A stretch of DNA of 64,000 nucleotides, from assembly GCF_006345805.1 (NCBI RefSeq), contig NC_043010.1, positions 28,768,001 to 28,832,000 on the forward strand. The letters are read 5' to 3'. The position numbers were made by a program, and so were the translations under genes. Of the stretch, positions 33,809 to 46,660 are shown one piece after another. Numbering within the stretch: the stretch's first letter is position 1; the number at the start of each line of letters is the position of its first letter. The notes below the pieces were generated by a model, which saw only the letters and a list, made by a program, of their open reading frames with translations, ran no database searches and was not told the origin of the DNA. This DNA is from Octopus sinensis. Taxonomy: Eukaryota.

Positions 33809-34824
33809 AATGGAGAATGCAAAAAATAGGGAAGGTTAGGTTGCACGCATGTGTGCGTGCATGTGTGCTTGCACACACGAGTATGTGATTTTTTTTTGTT
33901 GTATGAGAAAGGTCAGGTGGAAATCTCAGCAAGTGCTAGGGATTAATGACAGAGTGGTGTGTAATTATTATAATGCAGAACAATGAGGTAGCAGTGTTTG
34001 GTCTGGTGCAGTAGTGGCCCTATTATCTTAGCAGTTTCACAGCAATGTTAGCAGTAGTGTGACCAAAGTATTTTGAGCCATCGATTGACTAGACAAATGT
34101 CCACCTGATTTCTGGAAGTGAACATTGCAACTGCTGTACAATTTCAATAGAGATGTTATAAAACAGTTAAAGATATATAATGCATAGATATTGCAGCTGA
34201 TGGGAGGTGACAGTAATGCATGCTGAAATGTAATGAAGTGTGACTAGTTAGCTGAATGGAACGGTGAGACACAAGGAATGGATGAAGATGATGATTTTCT
34301 TACAAAAAAAAAAATAAATAAATAAAAACTACTGGCCTTTCAACAGTTAAAACTGAGAGAGAAGGTGAAAAATGTTTAAATTATTAGCAAGGAGGTTGAA
34401 GACATAGAGAGAGTGAGTGAGAGAAAATAGATAAACAATTCTTGCTACCCTAAGAAACAATGGAGTTATAGAACTCCAATGAGTAGTTCATTAGAATCAA
34501 TGTCTAATAGAGTGTGCCATCAACTACCTTTTAAGTTACTAAAACTATCTACCTACTACTGTAGACATTAGGTAGCTTGGGTATAAATATGAGCTGAAAT
34601 AAAGTCCAATGCCACACCCTTCTTTAATTAAAACTGAAGTCAGAATTTGGCAAGTGTTGATATTTTGGTCTTTGACATTGTGTGTTTATAGTATGAGCAT
34701 GGGGGTTATTATATGTTGTGTGTTTAACAACATAAATATTGTATCAAGATTGAAACAGTCTTGAATGTGGCAATTATACTCTAGATTTTGGTATTAATAC
34801 AAGAAGTATGCCAGCATTAACATT

Positions 34825-34853
34825 ATATATATATAATATATATATATATATAT

Positions 34854-34909
<56 letters not shown>

Positions 34910-34925
34910 GTATGTATATATAAAA
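34825..34925. repeat. (TA)n microsatellite
   Basis: Direct inspection. Confidence 0.95.
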
Positions 34926-35684
34926 TTAATGTAATGACAAGACACTTGGTATGCTATGAGTTCAATATGGATCACAGGACATCATTTGCCCTTGTTTATC
35001 AAGTAACTGCTGTCTTGCTTTATCTTCTCACATCTTCAGCTGTAGCAAGAAAAAAAAAAGTCAGTGTCCTTTGTCAATGAATACTGTAAAAAGAAAAAGA
35101 AAACAAAGAAATTAGGGGGAAAAAAAATCAAGTTTAAAATAATATAAAACAAATGAAGTAAAACAGAACAAAAATATTGGGCTGTTTTTGTTTTTTACCC
35201 CCAGACCATCTATGATCAAAAGCGTTAACATACAAGATCAATGTTGATTATTTGTTTTTCTTTTTGAGGTGTCTAAGATTCTATGATCTAAGCATATTTT
35301 CAATTTCTAAGGTAGTAGAGTAAAATATGCAGGAAATTTTTCAAAGGAAGTTATTCTCAGTCCAGAACCTTAATTTTAATGTTTGCAATAGTGTAGAATC
35401 CACTAACAGCAACAAGAAGCAAGAAGTGATGTTAAACCGAGCAATTGATTAAGTCTACTATCTATATGACATTAGAATAGAAGATTGGCTTATAAAAATA
35501 TGACACTGAATATTTCAAGCCTTCAATTCATCCTGACAAGAATGCGACCATTTTTCTCTGTTAAACTAAAAATGTGGGTATAACAAATAAAAACAAGAAA
35601 GAAAATTAATGCAAATGAAGTGAGATGTATAAATGGTACACAAACTTATCCTAACTCACAAAATTGGTCATATATTTGGCTGGG

Positions 35685-35895
35685 CAAAGGCAGTGAGTGG
35701 GCAGAATCATTAGCACACTGGGCAAAATGCTTAGCAGCATTTCATCTGTCTTTACGTTCTGAGTTCAAATTCTGCCGAGGGTGACTTTGCCTTTCATCCT
35801 TTTGGATAAGTACCAGTTGAACACTGGGGTTGATGTAATCGACTTACCCCTTCCTCCAAAATTGCTGGCCTTGTACCAAAATTTGAAATCAATAT
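35685..35895 (+). mobile_element. MetaSINE copy (family B)
   Basis: TTACGTTCTGAGTTCAAATTCTGCCGAGG.GACTTTGCCTTTCATCC. Confidence 0.8.
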
Positions 35896-38076
35896 ATTTG
35901 GCTGGGGTGTCTGTATTTCTTATGTACAACAGACATGGAAGCCACCAGTTAAACGAAGTACAAAGATAATGCTACTGATGATGATGATAATGACATTGAT
36001 AGTGGTGATATGTATTTACCTGAAATAAATGACATTGCTCTCCTCTTCCATTTCATTACAAGATGATAACTTCTATAATGGATGTGCCCATTATGAGACA
36101 CATGTGAGGGGTTTCCTCATGGCAAAGCAGCAGAGCACTGAAGAGGCAACCGTTCTCCCAGCAGTGGAATCAAATAAAGGTTACCTAGAAAGACAAACAG
36201 AGAGACAGGCAGGCAAAGATTAATAGGAGTTTCTTACACAGATAGATAAATGATAAACCCAAACAAATTACTGAGAGAATACTTCAAAGAAAAATTAACA
36301 TTAATGTGATTGAGTATTTAGTATATGTGCATATGTTGAAATAAAATGTGAACATACATGATTGATCACTGAAACTAAACACAAGATAATTGGCTATAAA
36401 CAAGAAACCTGCATAGGCCCTTGCAAGAGGCATAATAAAGAGAGTGAATCACAAGAGCCTGACAAACCCATGCAAGTGTGGAAATGGACATGTGCTGATG
36501 ACAAGGAGGAGTATGATCACGAAGCTATTATTTCAGAATATATTTAACACACACACACACACTTTCATAACCTAAATAGCTGACAGTCATGTGGTTAAAA
36601 TGTCTACTTTGCTCCTACATGGATCCATCCTCACAGTGTAGTACTTTGCTTAAGTATATTGTATCACAGCCTTGGGATGTAAGAAGAATTTGGCAGATGG
36701 ATAATGTGTGTGCGTATATGGTCCCTCCCTCTCTCTATGTATATATATATATATATATATATAAAGCAATAAGAAATGGAGCAATAATAACAGTTAGAAG
36801 TTAGTGTTTTAAAGTCATTTAATAACGATGAGAGTATGTTTACAGCTGTTTCAGTATACCAAGGTGGGGTAAATTTAACTTGTTTTTTTATATATATTAA
36901 ACCACCTTATAACAAGGACCATACATACTGAGGTAATACCAAGAGTGCCTTTGGATACATCTATCCCTCAGACAGTTACATTACCTCTAACTTATATCTT
37001 TCACAACACACACAGACATATATATATATATATATATATATATAAGTTAAAAAAACATTATAAATGCACAGTCACCAACTCCACATCAGTTATCGGCCAG
37101 AAGGTCAAATGCAATTTTGTGCCCTACGATATTATTTATATAATACACACACATACAATCCTAAATTCAGTGAGTGATTGGCCTGTTACTAATAATGCTA
37201 TATTTGTGATGTAAAAACAATATTGATTTGTGCAATGCATGAGTGAAGTCAGGAGACTATTTAGGTAGCTGGCATAGAATCTGCACATGTGACTCTCCAA
37301 AGACACTCTGACGAGTCTAGGATTACGCATTTAACATAGCCTAACTTTAACTATGGTCTTCCAGGTCCAAAAAACTGGGAACAATGGAGAAAAACCAGTG
37401 AATGATAGTCATGGCATTTAATATTTATAAAGAAAAGAGGTAATAACAGATGAACAATATAACTGTGTAACATGATTTTTGTCCTTGTGTAGCAACTGTT
37501 ACCTTCTATTTGCTTACCCCTAGAAAGTAAGAAATATAGCTAATATTTCCTTCAAACTCTAAAGAATTTAGAACATTTATTCAAACTCTAAAGAATTCCT
37601 CTCAACACATGGTTATGATGCTTCCCCACTACACCTGCTCATGATCAGAGATGCTTATACTGTAAGCCACTAAGGGACATGCTTAAGTGGTTAAGGCCAA
37701 GTAAATGACAAGCAAATCTGTGGTATTGAGCAGAATATTTGTTATAACGATATTTCTGCTTCAGTACTGAATCTGTCTGAAATGTAATGGAAAATAAGTC
37801 AGTTTCAAAAAATTGACATCCATTTCACAAAAGCAAAGTTTCAAAGGAATAGAAGTTATTTCCTTTGATTTCTAGATAGAAGCAAATAGGAAATAATACT
37901 TACCAACCAAAGACAAAAGAAAAATAAAGTCTTGTTTGAATTATGCTTACCTAATCTACACAAAAATATATTTTGTATTTTATGTATACTAATCAGTGTA
38001 ACCTTCATGATTTTATTGAATTAGGTGGATATTATGCCATGAAAGGAAAACACTGCTATCAATCTATTTTATTCAA

Positions 38077-38470
38077 GGCGCAGGAGTGGCTGTGTGGTAA
38101 GTAGCTTGCTTACCAACCACATGATTCCAGGTTCAGTTCATCTATGTGACACCTTGGGTAAGTGTCTTCTACTATAATCTCAGGCTGACCAAAGCCTTGT
38201 GAGTGGATTTGGTAGACAGAAACTGAAAGAAGCTCGTTGTATATGTGTGTGTGTGTGTGTGCGTGTGTGTGTGTGTGTTTGTCCCTCCATCATCGCTTGA
38301 CAACCAAGGCTGGTGTGTTTACATCCCTGTAACTTAGTGGTTCAGCAAAAGAGCCCGATAGAATAAGTACTAGGCTTACAAAGAATAAGTCCTGGGGTCA
38401 GTTTGTTCGACTAAAGGCAGTGCTCCAGCATGGCCGCAGTCAAATGACTGAAACAAATAAAAGAATAAAA
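38077..38470 (+). mobile_element. SINE family A copy
   Basis: AGGCGCAGGAGTGGCTGTGTGG head, (TG)n middle, AAATGACTGAAAC tail. Confidence 0.88.
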
Positions 38471-39794
38471 GTGTATTTAGTTGTGTATTTCTAGTAGTGA
38501 ACATGTGTATGCGTGTATAATTATAGACACTGCTGGCATGTTCTAAACAGAGTACAGGATCTAATGAGTCCAAAGATTGCGGCATGCTCCAGTGCTGGCT
38601 TTGGCATGGTTTTTATGGCTGGTTTGCAATGTTGATGAAACAGTTTTTTTTCTGGAAGATCATCTTTGCTGGAGCAAAGATTCCTTGAGAAGGAAAATCA
38701 ACATCAAGATTTAAAGCTCATAAAAAGCATATAATCTGGCCATATCTGGCCCAAATATTCTATTTGTTTTGACATTCGAATTGGCCATGTGTAGCTTCTC
38801 ACACCTACTCTACAATGCCATTTTAAAAACAAACAATCACCTTATTGAAACCTCAGAGCTGTGAGATAATGCATGATTAATAAAAAACAATATGAATAAG
38901 TAAAGATTACATTTAATAGAGTAATCTGAACACTAAAAGGTTAATGCTTCTCCTGGGAGGAAATGTCACTGGTGGTTTGGAATTAAAGCTCCTACATGTG
39001 TATCAGTATGAAAATTCAAGAGCTTTCAAGAGTTACACAAAGTTTAGTTTACCTCTGATTTGGCATTAAAATAAGAAGGCATGAATGACTAAGATCCTTT
39101 TCAAAAAGTGTACAAACAATTTTTTGTCATACTGTAGAAAGAGACAGTGCTACAATTTAATATTTCCAAGTCTCCTCTGTAAGGTGGTTAGTGTTAAGAA
39201 GAGCATCCAGCAATAAAAATCCTGACAAAACAAACAATGAAGTTTGGTAGTCTTCTGCTTAACTAGCCCCTGTCAAACTGTCCAACCCATGCCAGCATGG
39301 AAAACAAACATTAAATGATGATGATGATGACAATGATGAACTTAGATGAGCTTTCTGATAACACAAGAGTAGAGTATATCTCAAGAATATAAATATTTTG
39401 CTCCAGTTAATGAATCAAGGTGTTACAGCTAAATTCAAATCATTATGCAAGAACTTTCAGACAACATATGTATATGACAGGGAGGATAACACTGTGATAT
39501 AACTGCTCAACAGCAAGAAACCTGTTCTACTCTGGACCTTTTCTCTTATACTTTACCCCACTTTACTTCTCATCTCCTAGCATAAAGTTGTCACTTCTGG
39601 TTACATAGTCTTGAAAGCTGCATGGTGACCTCAGTGGTGGTGACACAAAAGAAACACCCAGTACACAGTGTGAAGTGATTAGAGTACAATGTAGTCCTGG
39701 GGCCCACTGAATCCTATCAAACCATCTAACCCATACCAGCATGGAATGGAACATGGATATCAAATGATGATAAATCTACAGTTAGAGACTTCTG

Positions 39795-39990
39795 ATAGAA
39801 GATCAACGTAACGGATGCTGAGTCATGGAATGAAGTAAAACCCACAAATTTGAATGGTGTTTGGAAAAAAAAAATGGCCAATTTGTATCTGCAAATTTAC
39901 AAGTTTTCAACAAACATAAAATCTACATCAAATTTGCAAAGACATTGTGACACTTTTCTGCAAAGAATATAGCTATGGGATTGGCACTTA
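39795..39990 (+). mobile_element. Tigger/pogo transposase remnant
   Basis: ESWNEVKPTNLNGVWKK.WP resembles the pogo/Tigger C-terminal W.EV...LNG.WKKLWP motif. Confidence 0.5.
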
Positions 39991-41515
39991 TAGAAGGTCC
40001 GCAAGTTTTTGCTGATAATGACCATAATCATGAGTGTAACATAAAAATTATAAGAGGAGTTTACAATGAGTCCTGTTCCTATACTGAGCTGTAAAGAGAT
40101 GATATATGATAAACATCAAACAATTCTGGCTAAGTTCTTTGATCCTCAAGGAGATGATTGATAATAATTTTTTCTACTATAGGTACAGGACCTGCAATTT
40201 TGAGGGAGGGGTAGTTGATTCCAAAGCTTGGCTGATACTTATTTCATTGACCCTGAAAGGACAAAAGGCAAAGTCAACCTCAGTGAGATTTCAACTCAGA
40301 ATGTTAAGCGGGAAGAAATGTTGTTAAGTATTTTATCTGGTATGGTAACAATTCTGCCAGCCCACTGCCTTAGATGTTTGATAATAATGAACTGTATGAT
40401 AGAATATAATGACCCTCATCCTCCCAGTAGCTCTCAGTCAACCACCACCACCCTTACACCATATTCAACATACTTGTTATTCCCTAATATATTTTTCTTC
40501 AAATGATTTTATGCATAAATATTGTACTATATATGTTTAGAAATTGTTATATTCAAGTGGTTGTGTTGCTTTGTATGTTTTAAAAATTCTGTTAGAAAGC
40601 ATTATCACTTTATAATATGAAAAGCAATTTTGCATCATGGCAAGTTTTCCAGGAATGATTATTTCTGTAATGTAGGGGATTCCTGTATATGTATGTTGTC
40701 ATACTGAGTATTACAAGATAAATTTGAATCCTTATCATTTATATACTTTGTTTTCATGTTGGCAGAGGTTGGGCAGGTCTTACAACATTTTACATGTCAT
40801 GGTGCCTCATCACCTGGCACATACAACAATAGAGAACACTACCAAATTTTGTTGATGTGTATGTGTTATGGGTTTCACAGCAGGATACCTCCACCTCTTG
40901 TAACCAACAACTTAACAGTATGGACTTGAGTATCTTCTCAAACCTATCACTAGAGGAAGAGTCTCCTCCACACTGTCTCAGTCCATTCCTCCTTCTACGG
41001 TGTAAGTTTCACAGCTGGATACTCTTCATATCATCAACCACTTCACAATATGAACTTTAACAAAAAACAGACAGAATGGTTATATCTAGAAAGCCTTTTG
41101 AGTTTAGATCTGCTGGATCAAGATTTAGCTGGGATTAAACAAGAATAATCAGTGAGGATCATACACAAACATATATTGGGTAATTCCTAAAAGAAATCAT
41201 GCTTAGTGACAACTCAGAAGGTGAATGATTACTTGGAACCCTAGCATGTCACTTGGGCACCTTCTGTTAGAATCACATCGCATATCAATCTTGATCTGTT
41301 CTTACTGGTGAGAAATATTTGTTGTTCTCCCGGAGTGTCATTAGTAACTTGTTAAAATTAGCAACACTTAAAATGAAAAACAAGTGCAAGTAGACTTCAT
41401 GATTATGTATACCCACACTTTTAAAAGGGATGTCTTGAGAATGCTGGTTTATTAACTACGAAGACAGTAATAACTGATAGTAGCAGACAATGAAAGAGGA
41501 AATCCTTCTTATATA

Positions 41516-42786
41516 TTGGGTCATCCCATAAATAATGCGTTTTTTTTTATACTTCTTTTATTCTTCAAAATTAAGATAAACAAAGTTCTTTTTAATCTAA
41601 AATATACTCTCCTTCATTTTCTACAATGCTCTTCCATCTATCTGGTAGACTTGCAAGGCCCCTCTTCCAAAATTCATATGTCGGTATTGAAAAATACTCC
41701 TCCAGTACTGTTCTAACCTTGTCAACAGAATTCATATTTTTTTTTGTCCAAATGATTTTGAAGACTGTGGAATAAATGGTAATTAGATGGGGCAATGTCC
41801 AGTGAATATGGTGGGTGGGGCATCATTTTCCATTCAAACTGCTCCAGCTTGTGGAATGTCATCCTCACTGTATGTGGCCGAGCATTATCCTGATGGAAGA
41901 ATACCTTTCTTCTTGAAACTAAAGATGGTCATTTTTCTTCAAGCGCTGACTCAAGCTACTCACAATAGAGCTCCTTTGTTATCATTTGGTTTGGGTTTAA
42001 AAGTTCAAAATGGACTAAACCTCTCATATCCCACCAAACAGATAACATCTTACATGGGTGAAGACCTTCTTTAGCCTGGAATGTCGGTGTATCTCCTTTC
42101 CCAACTCACTGTCTTCGGTGCTTGACATTTTTATAGAGAACCCATTTCTTGTCAACAGTCACTATTCAGTCTAAAAAAAGGGTCATTCACAAGACGTGAC
42201 AGCAAAAAGCGCACATTCATTCTCTGCACATGATTAGACTTGGAAAGTTTGTGAGGAACCCATTAACCCAATTTGCTGACTTTCCTGATAGCATGAAGGT
42301 GTCAATGAATGGTTGAATGACCAAATCCAAGTTTCTCTGCTAGTTCCTCAACAGTTACAATGGGATTTTGTTCCATCAGGATTTGCAGGATGTCCTTGTT
42401 GAGCTCTACAGATCTTCCAGGACACACTCATCTTCTAGGCTGTAGTTTCCAGCTCGGAATTTCTGGAACCACCATTGACACTGGCTTACACTTACTGTCC
42501 AATCCCCATATACTACGTTAATATTCCTCACACTTTCCGTTGCATTGTTGCTTTTATTCAACTCAGAAAGTATAATATACCAAATATTCTTTGTCACTTC
42601 TATTATAGCTTTGAAAAAATAACTGTTAAAATCAAATTACGTTCTTTAAAACTTGCACTAAGAATAAGTACAAGGTAAATTTACTACCTGCTTTTATAGC
42701 AAATTGATGCAGGTAGTTTATCCCGTCCCCCTCTGACTTTTGGTTCAAGCAACTGAAAAAAAAACGCATTATTTATGATGACTCAA
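41516..42786 (-). mobile_element. Full-length-size (~1.27 kb) mariner with decayed transposase
   Basis: TIRs TTGGGTCATCCCATAAATAATGCGTTTTTT / AAAAAACGCATTATTTATGATGACTCAA with TA on both sides; NATESVRNINVVYG..QWWFQKFRAGNYSLEDE, VTVDKKWVLY, WKSIVENEGEYILD. Confidence 0.92.
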
Positions 42787-43049
42787 TACAAAATGATAAG
42801 ATGACCATAACTAGAGAGTCCTATATCTTTCAGCTTAGGGCTTACCCATTGTAAATAACAGCACATGTGCAAATGGTTATATAATTTCTCATGTCACCAT
42901 GTATGTTTTAATATCCTTCATATATATCCTTTGGATATTAAGTTATTTGACATTGCAGTACAGTGATATAACATACACTTCCATTATCTCTCCAGTGTTT
43001 ATATTTATTAAGTATTGATAATACTTAATGCTTAAATTACCTACTGCCA

Positions 43050-44929
43050 TATGTTGACGAGAGGAGCCTCTATGTGGTTGCTTGATCCACTATAAAAAGC
43101 AGCCAAATTTCCCTCAAATCATACATTCAACTCTCCTAAAGAAAGAAATGACACAAAGTTGTTGTAGCTATACAAAATCAGGATGGTAAAGACTGAAACA
43201 CTCTGTGTCATAAGAATACTGGAATAAGTTTGACCAAAGAACAACCTCCAACCATAATCTAACTAATGAAAGAACCTCTTTATTTCAAGAACGGGGAGAC
43301 CCTTACCAGGAGTGAGGAAACTCTTAGCCTGCAGAGAAAATTTCCACCTTATTCATATTTAGGAGCAGTATGATCAAGAAGTTTGTTTCACTGCTACATG
43401 ATTTCAGATTCCATACCACTGTGTGGTACCTTGGACAAGTGTCTTCTACTGTCACAAGCATTTGTACTAGGTCTCTGGTCTGAGGATTCTTCCACCTACC
43501 AGGAAGAGAGGAAGTGATTTTGAGGTTGGAGAAAGATCTCAGGTTCATTCCTCCTTTTGACAAAGGAAAAAAAATCATCCCATGTCAGTAAAAACTGGTT
43601 AAAACCTTTAATACCAGAACAGTAGTTTAAATTATCACCATCACCACCATTTAATGTGTTTTTCATGCTGGCATGTGTTGGACAGTCTGATGGGAGCAGA
43701 CAATCCAGAGGATTGCACCATGCTCCAATGTCGGCTTTGGCATTGTTTCTAGATCTGGATGCCCTTCCTAATGCCAACCACATCACAGTGAAGTGGGTGA
43801 TTTTTATTAAGTCACCATATAACAAGACAAGAGCCCCTCAACTGAAGGAAAGAGGTATATCATTGAGGGAGGTGGTTTTATGCAAGGAGATGAGAGGTTT
43901 AAGTATGATATAGAGTCACAAACAGATGTCTTGAAGTAGAGGAGATACACGGTTATCTCACTTGGAAAAGGAGAGAAAATGGTGAAGAGGTTTCAATTAC
44001 AAAGGTGAAAATAAGAGGAGTGAACCAGAGGACTGGACAGCATGAATGGATAGTTAAGTTTGCAAGAATGTGATAAAGGGTGTTCTAGCCTTTCTCATCC
44101 TGTCTTTTGTATATTTACAACTACATTGTCTCATTTCTTTTTTTTAGAAAAGTTGAATGTATGATTTGAGGGAGATCTGTTTTGCTGCTACTTTTAGCAG
44201 ATCAAGCAACCACCTAGAAGCTCTTTGTTGGCATGTGGGGGTAGGTAATTTAAGTATTAAGTTATAAAACTATAGATTATTTATATCAGATTTTACCCTC
44301 ACAAGTTCTTACACTCTTGCAATTTGCCCCCCTGCTCAAAATAATCACTCGACTTAGTAGAAACAGCAGCCAAATCAACCTCAGATCACATTCTATCTCA
44401 CATAAACAATACATTAAATAATGTAGTCCGGTAGGATGGTCATGGTTGGAATGCCTTTGGTCATAAACTGCAAGATGAAGAAAGAGCTGAAGTTAATGAA
44501 GAAAACTTCTAGCTAGTCGCTCAACCTGCTAGAAACAGCAGCAACATCTTCCTGAATTTTGCCCTACCTTACTAAAATTAATTAAGACACAGAATAATGT
44601 AAGATCTAGATACACTTTCTCGATTACGACTGAAAACTTACCAAAATGTAAACTTAAAACTAACAAAATAGTTTTGATTCTGGCGTCATTTTATAATTAT
44701 TATCTCTAGGGTGGCTAGCATCTCATCTACTATTTCACAGTGTATTTAGAACTATGTTATCCAACGAGCCTTTCGTTTTTAAAGTGTGAGTAGAAGGCGG
44801 CTTGGCTGCTATTCTTAGCAGGTCGAACGACCAAATAGAAAGTTTTGTTGGTTTGTTATTGAGTCATTAAGTCGGTGGTACACAAAGGTCAGAGGCGAGA
44901 AACGGGAGTGAAAATGTGTCTGAGAACCG

Positions 44930-44994
<65 letters not shown>

Positions 44995-45960
44995 TGTATG
45001 TTTACATAGGAGTATAAGAGAGAGAGAGAGAGAGAACGAGTGTCAGGTGTTGTTTAGCCTCAGGTTAGTTCTCATTCCACGATCGAAAGACATTTTAGCT
45101 ATCGAAGACTAAGACTACATAGTTCAAATTGTCCATCATTTTTGAAGACAGTTCAGTGAGATCTAAGGAAGATTTGGCTACTGTTTTTGGCAAGTCGAGC
45201 GACAACGTAACAGCTTCTTTCGTTGGCTCATCCGAACTTGATCTGGCAAGCCTATAATCAAAAGCAATCTAGTTATGACCTCTCCGTCTCTTTTTCACAG
45301 TAAATCTACGGTTATAGAATACTTTTTTATGATGTTGGTGACATGAAGGAGATTTAGGTGCTATTTCTAGCAAATGAAGCAACCACGAAGTGGCTCCGTC
45401 GAAAGTACTCCCTAATGGTGAAAATTAGTTGCAGAGTGAGAAGGAATTAGGAGAGAATAGTTTTTAATGACATAACTATGTAGATGGAGAGTGAGAGATA
45501 AATAAATGTGAGGGCAAGTGAGAGTAAGAAAATCAATAGAAAGGAACAAGAGAGAAAGTGATTCGAAATCAAGTGGAGAGAAAGAAAGAGAGAGGTGTAA
45601 ATGAATAGAGATTTGAGAATTAAGATAGGGAAGATAAAAAGAAAGAGATGAAGGTATTTGTGAGCTAGAGAGAAAGAGAGAATCGATGAGCAGAACAAGA
45701 AAGCGAACAGATGGAAGTCTAATGAAAAAGGTTGCCCCAATTCGAGATAAAACATATCAGATCCTAACTCCATCTACTCCCCATCTAAAAGATTATTACC
45801 GTAACTTGTAACCTCTATCTACATTTTTACTCAACCTGTTACAAAAAGCAGTCAAATAACACCCTTACATACTTAAAAGAAGTCGAAGAAATACATTGGA
45901 TAATCAGCCTGATGTAGTCCTAGATAATATACAAAAAGCAGTTTGAATACTCCTGGCCTA
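43050..45960. repeat. Cluster of about 8 copies of a dispersed repeat with core GCTAGAAATAGCAGCCAAATCTCCCTCAAATC
   Basis: Copies near 43060(+), 44170(-), 44345(+), 44515(+), 44790(-), 45165(-), 45350(-), 45835(+); further copies at ~13960, ~17750, ~21140, ~59500. Confidence 0.65.
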
Positions 45961-46199
45961 GGTCTGTAAGAACAGTTTTAATCTGTTAAAAAAAGGCAAT
46001 TAGCTAGTATTTTGAAAACATGTAGATGTCTATATTTCTACTTTTCTGACTTTAGTGATACTTTTTACCGATCTTTTACAATGACAACAGAAGGAATGAG
46101 AGAAAATGAAAGAGAGAGAGAGAGGGGAGAAGACTATTTCAATCACAACAGTTTAACACATGTTCAATAGTATAGTCAGTTGCAGTATCCACACCTGCT

Positions 46200-46660
46200 G
46201 GCATCTTTGCGCCTCGCCTCTTCCACCTCTTTCACTCTTGTTTGTTGTTGTTGCCGTTCGAAACAAGACTTAAGGAGGGAAGGAAAGAGCATGTTTTGTC
46301 TGCATCCAGATATCTGTAGCCAAGCATGACGACACTCACTGAACGACAACGGAACGTCATTTGTCACGCTCGGCCTGCTGCTTACAGTTCAGCCTGTCGG
46401 GACACAACTTACTGGAGGATGTGTGAAAGAAGTTAAAGCGTTAGAAATTTTTTTGAGAAAATGTAAATGTTAATTGCAAAACCAAAAATGTAAGTAAAAC
46501 AATAAATAACGAAGAGAGTTCGCCGAAAACTCACATCTTTGACGCTCCGTGTGTGTACCGGGAGGAAGTTTGTCCTCCATATTGGTCACATGACAGGTGA
46601 AATGCCGATTAACTCCGCTCGACTCGGCTGGACCTCGACTCGAGGCAGACTCACTCCCTC
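46200..46660 (-). promoter_or_regulatory. CpG-rich promoter / first-exon region, probably driving leftward transcription
   Basis: GGAAGT (46564-46569), ATTGG (46581-46585), GTCACATGAC E-box (46585-46594); minus-strand donors GTGAGT (at 46534) and GTAAGT (at 46412). Confidence 0.5.

Noticed and set aside
37300-37335. Hammerhead at CTGACGAGTCTAGGATTAC (37308)
   Set aside because: GAAA is absent and stem I cannot be formed
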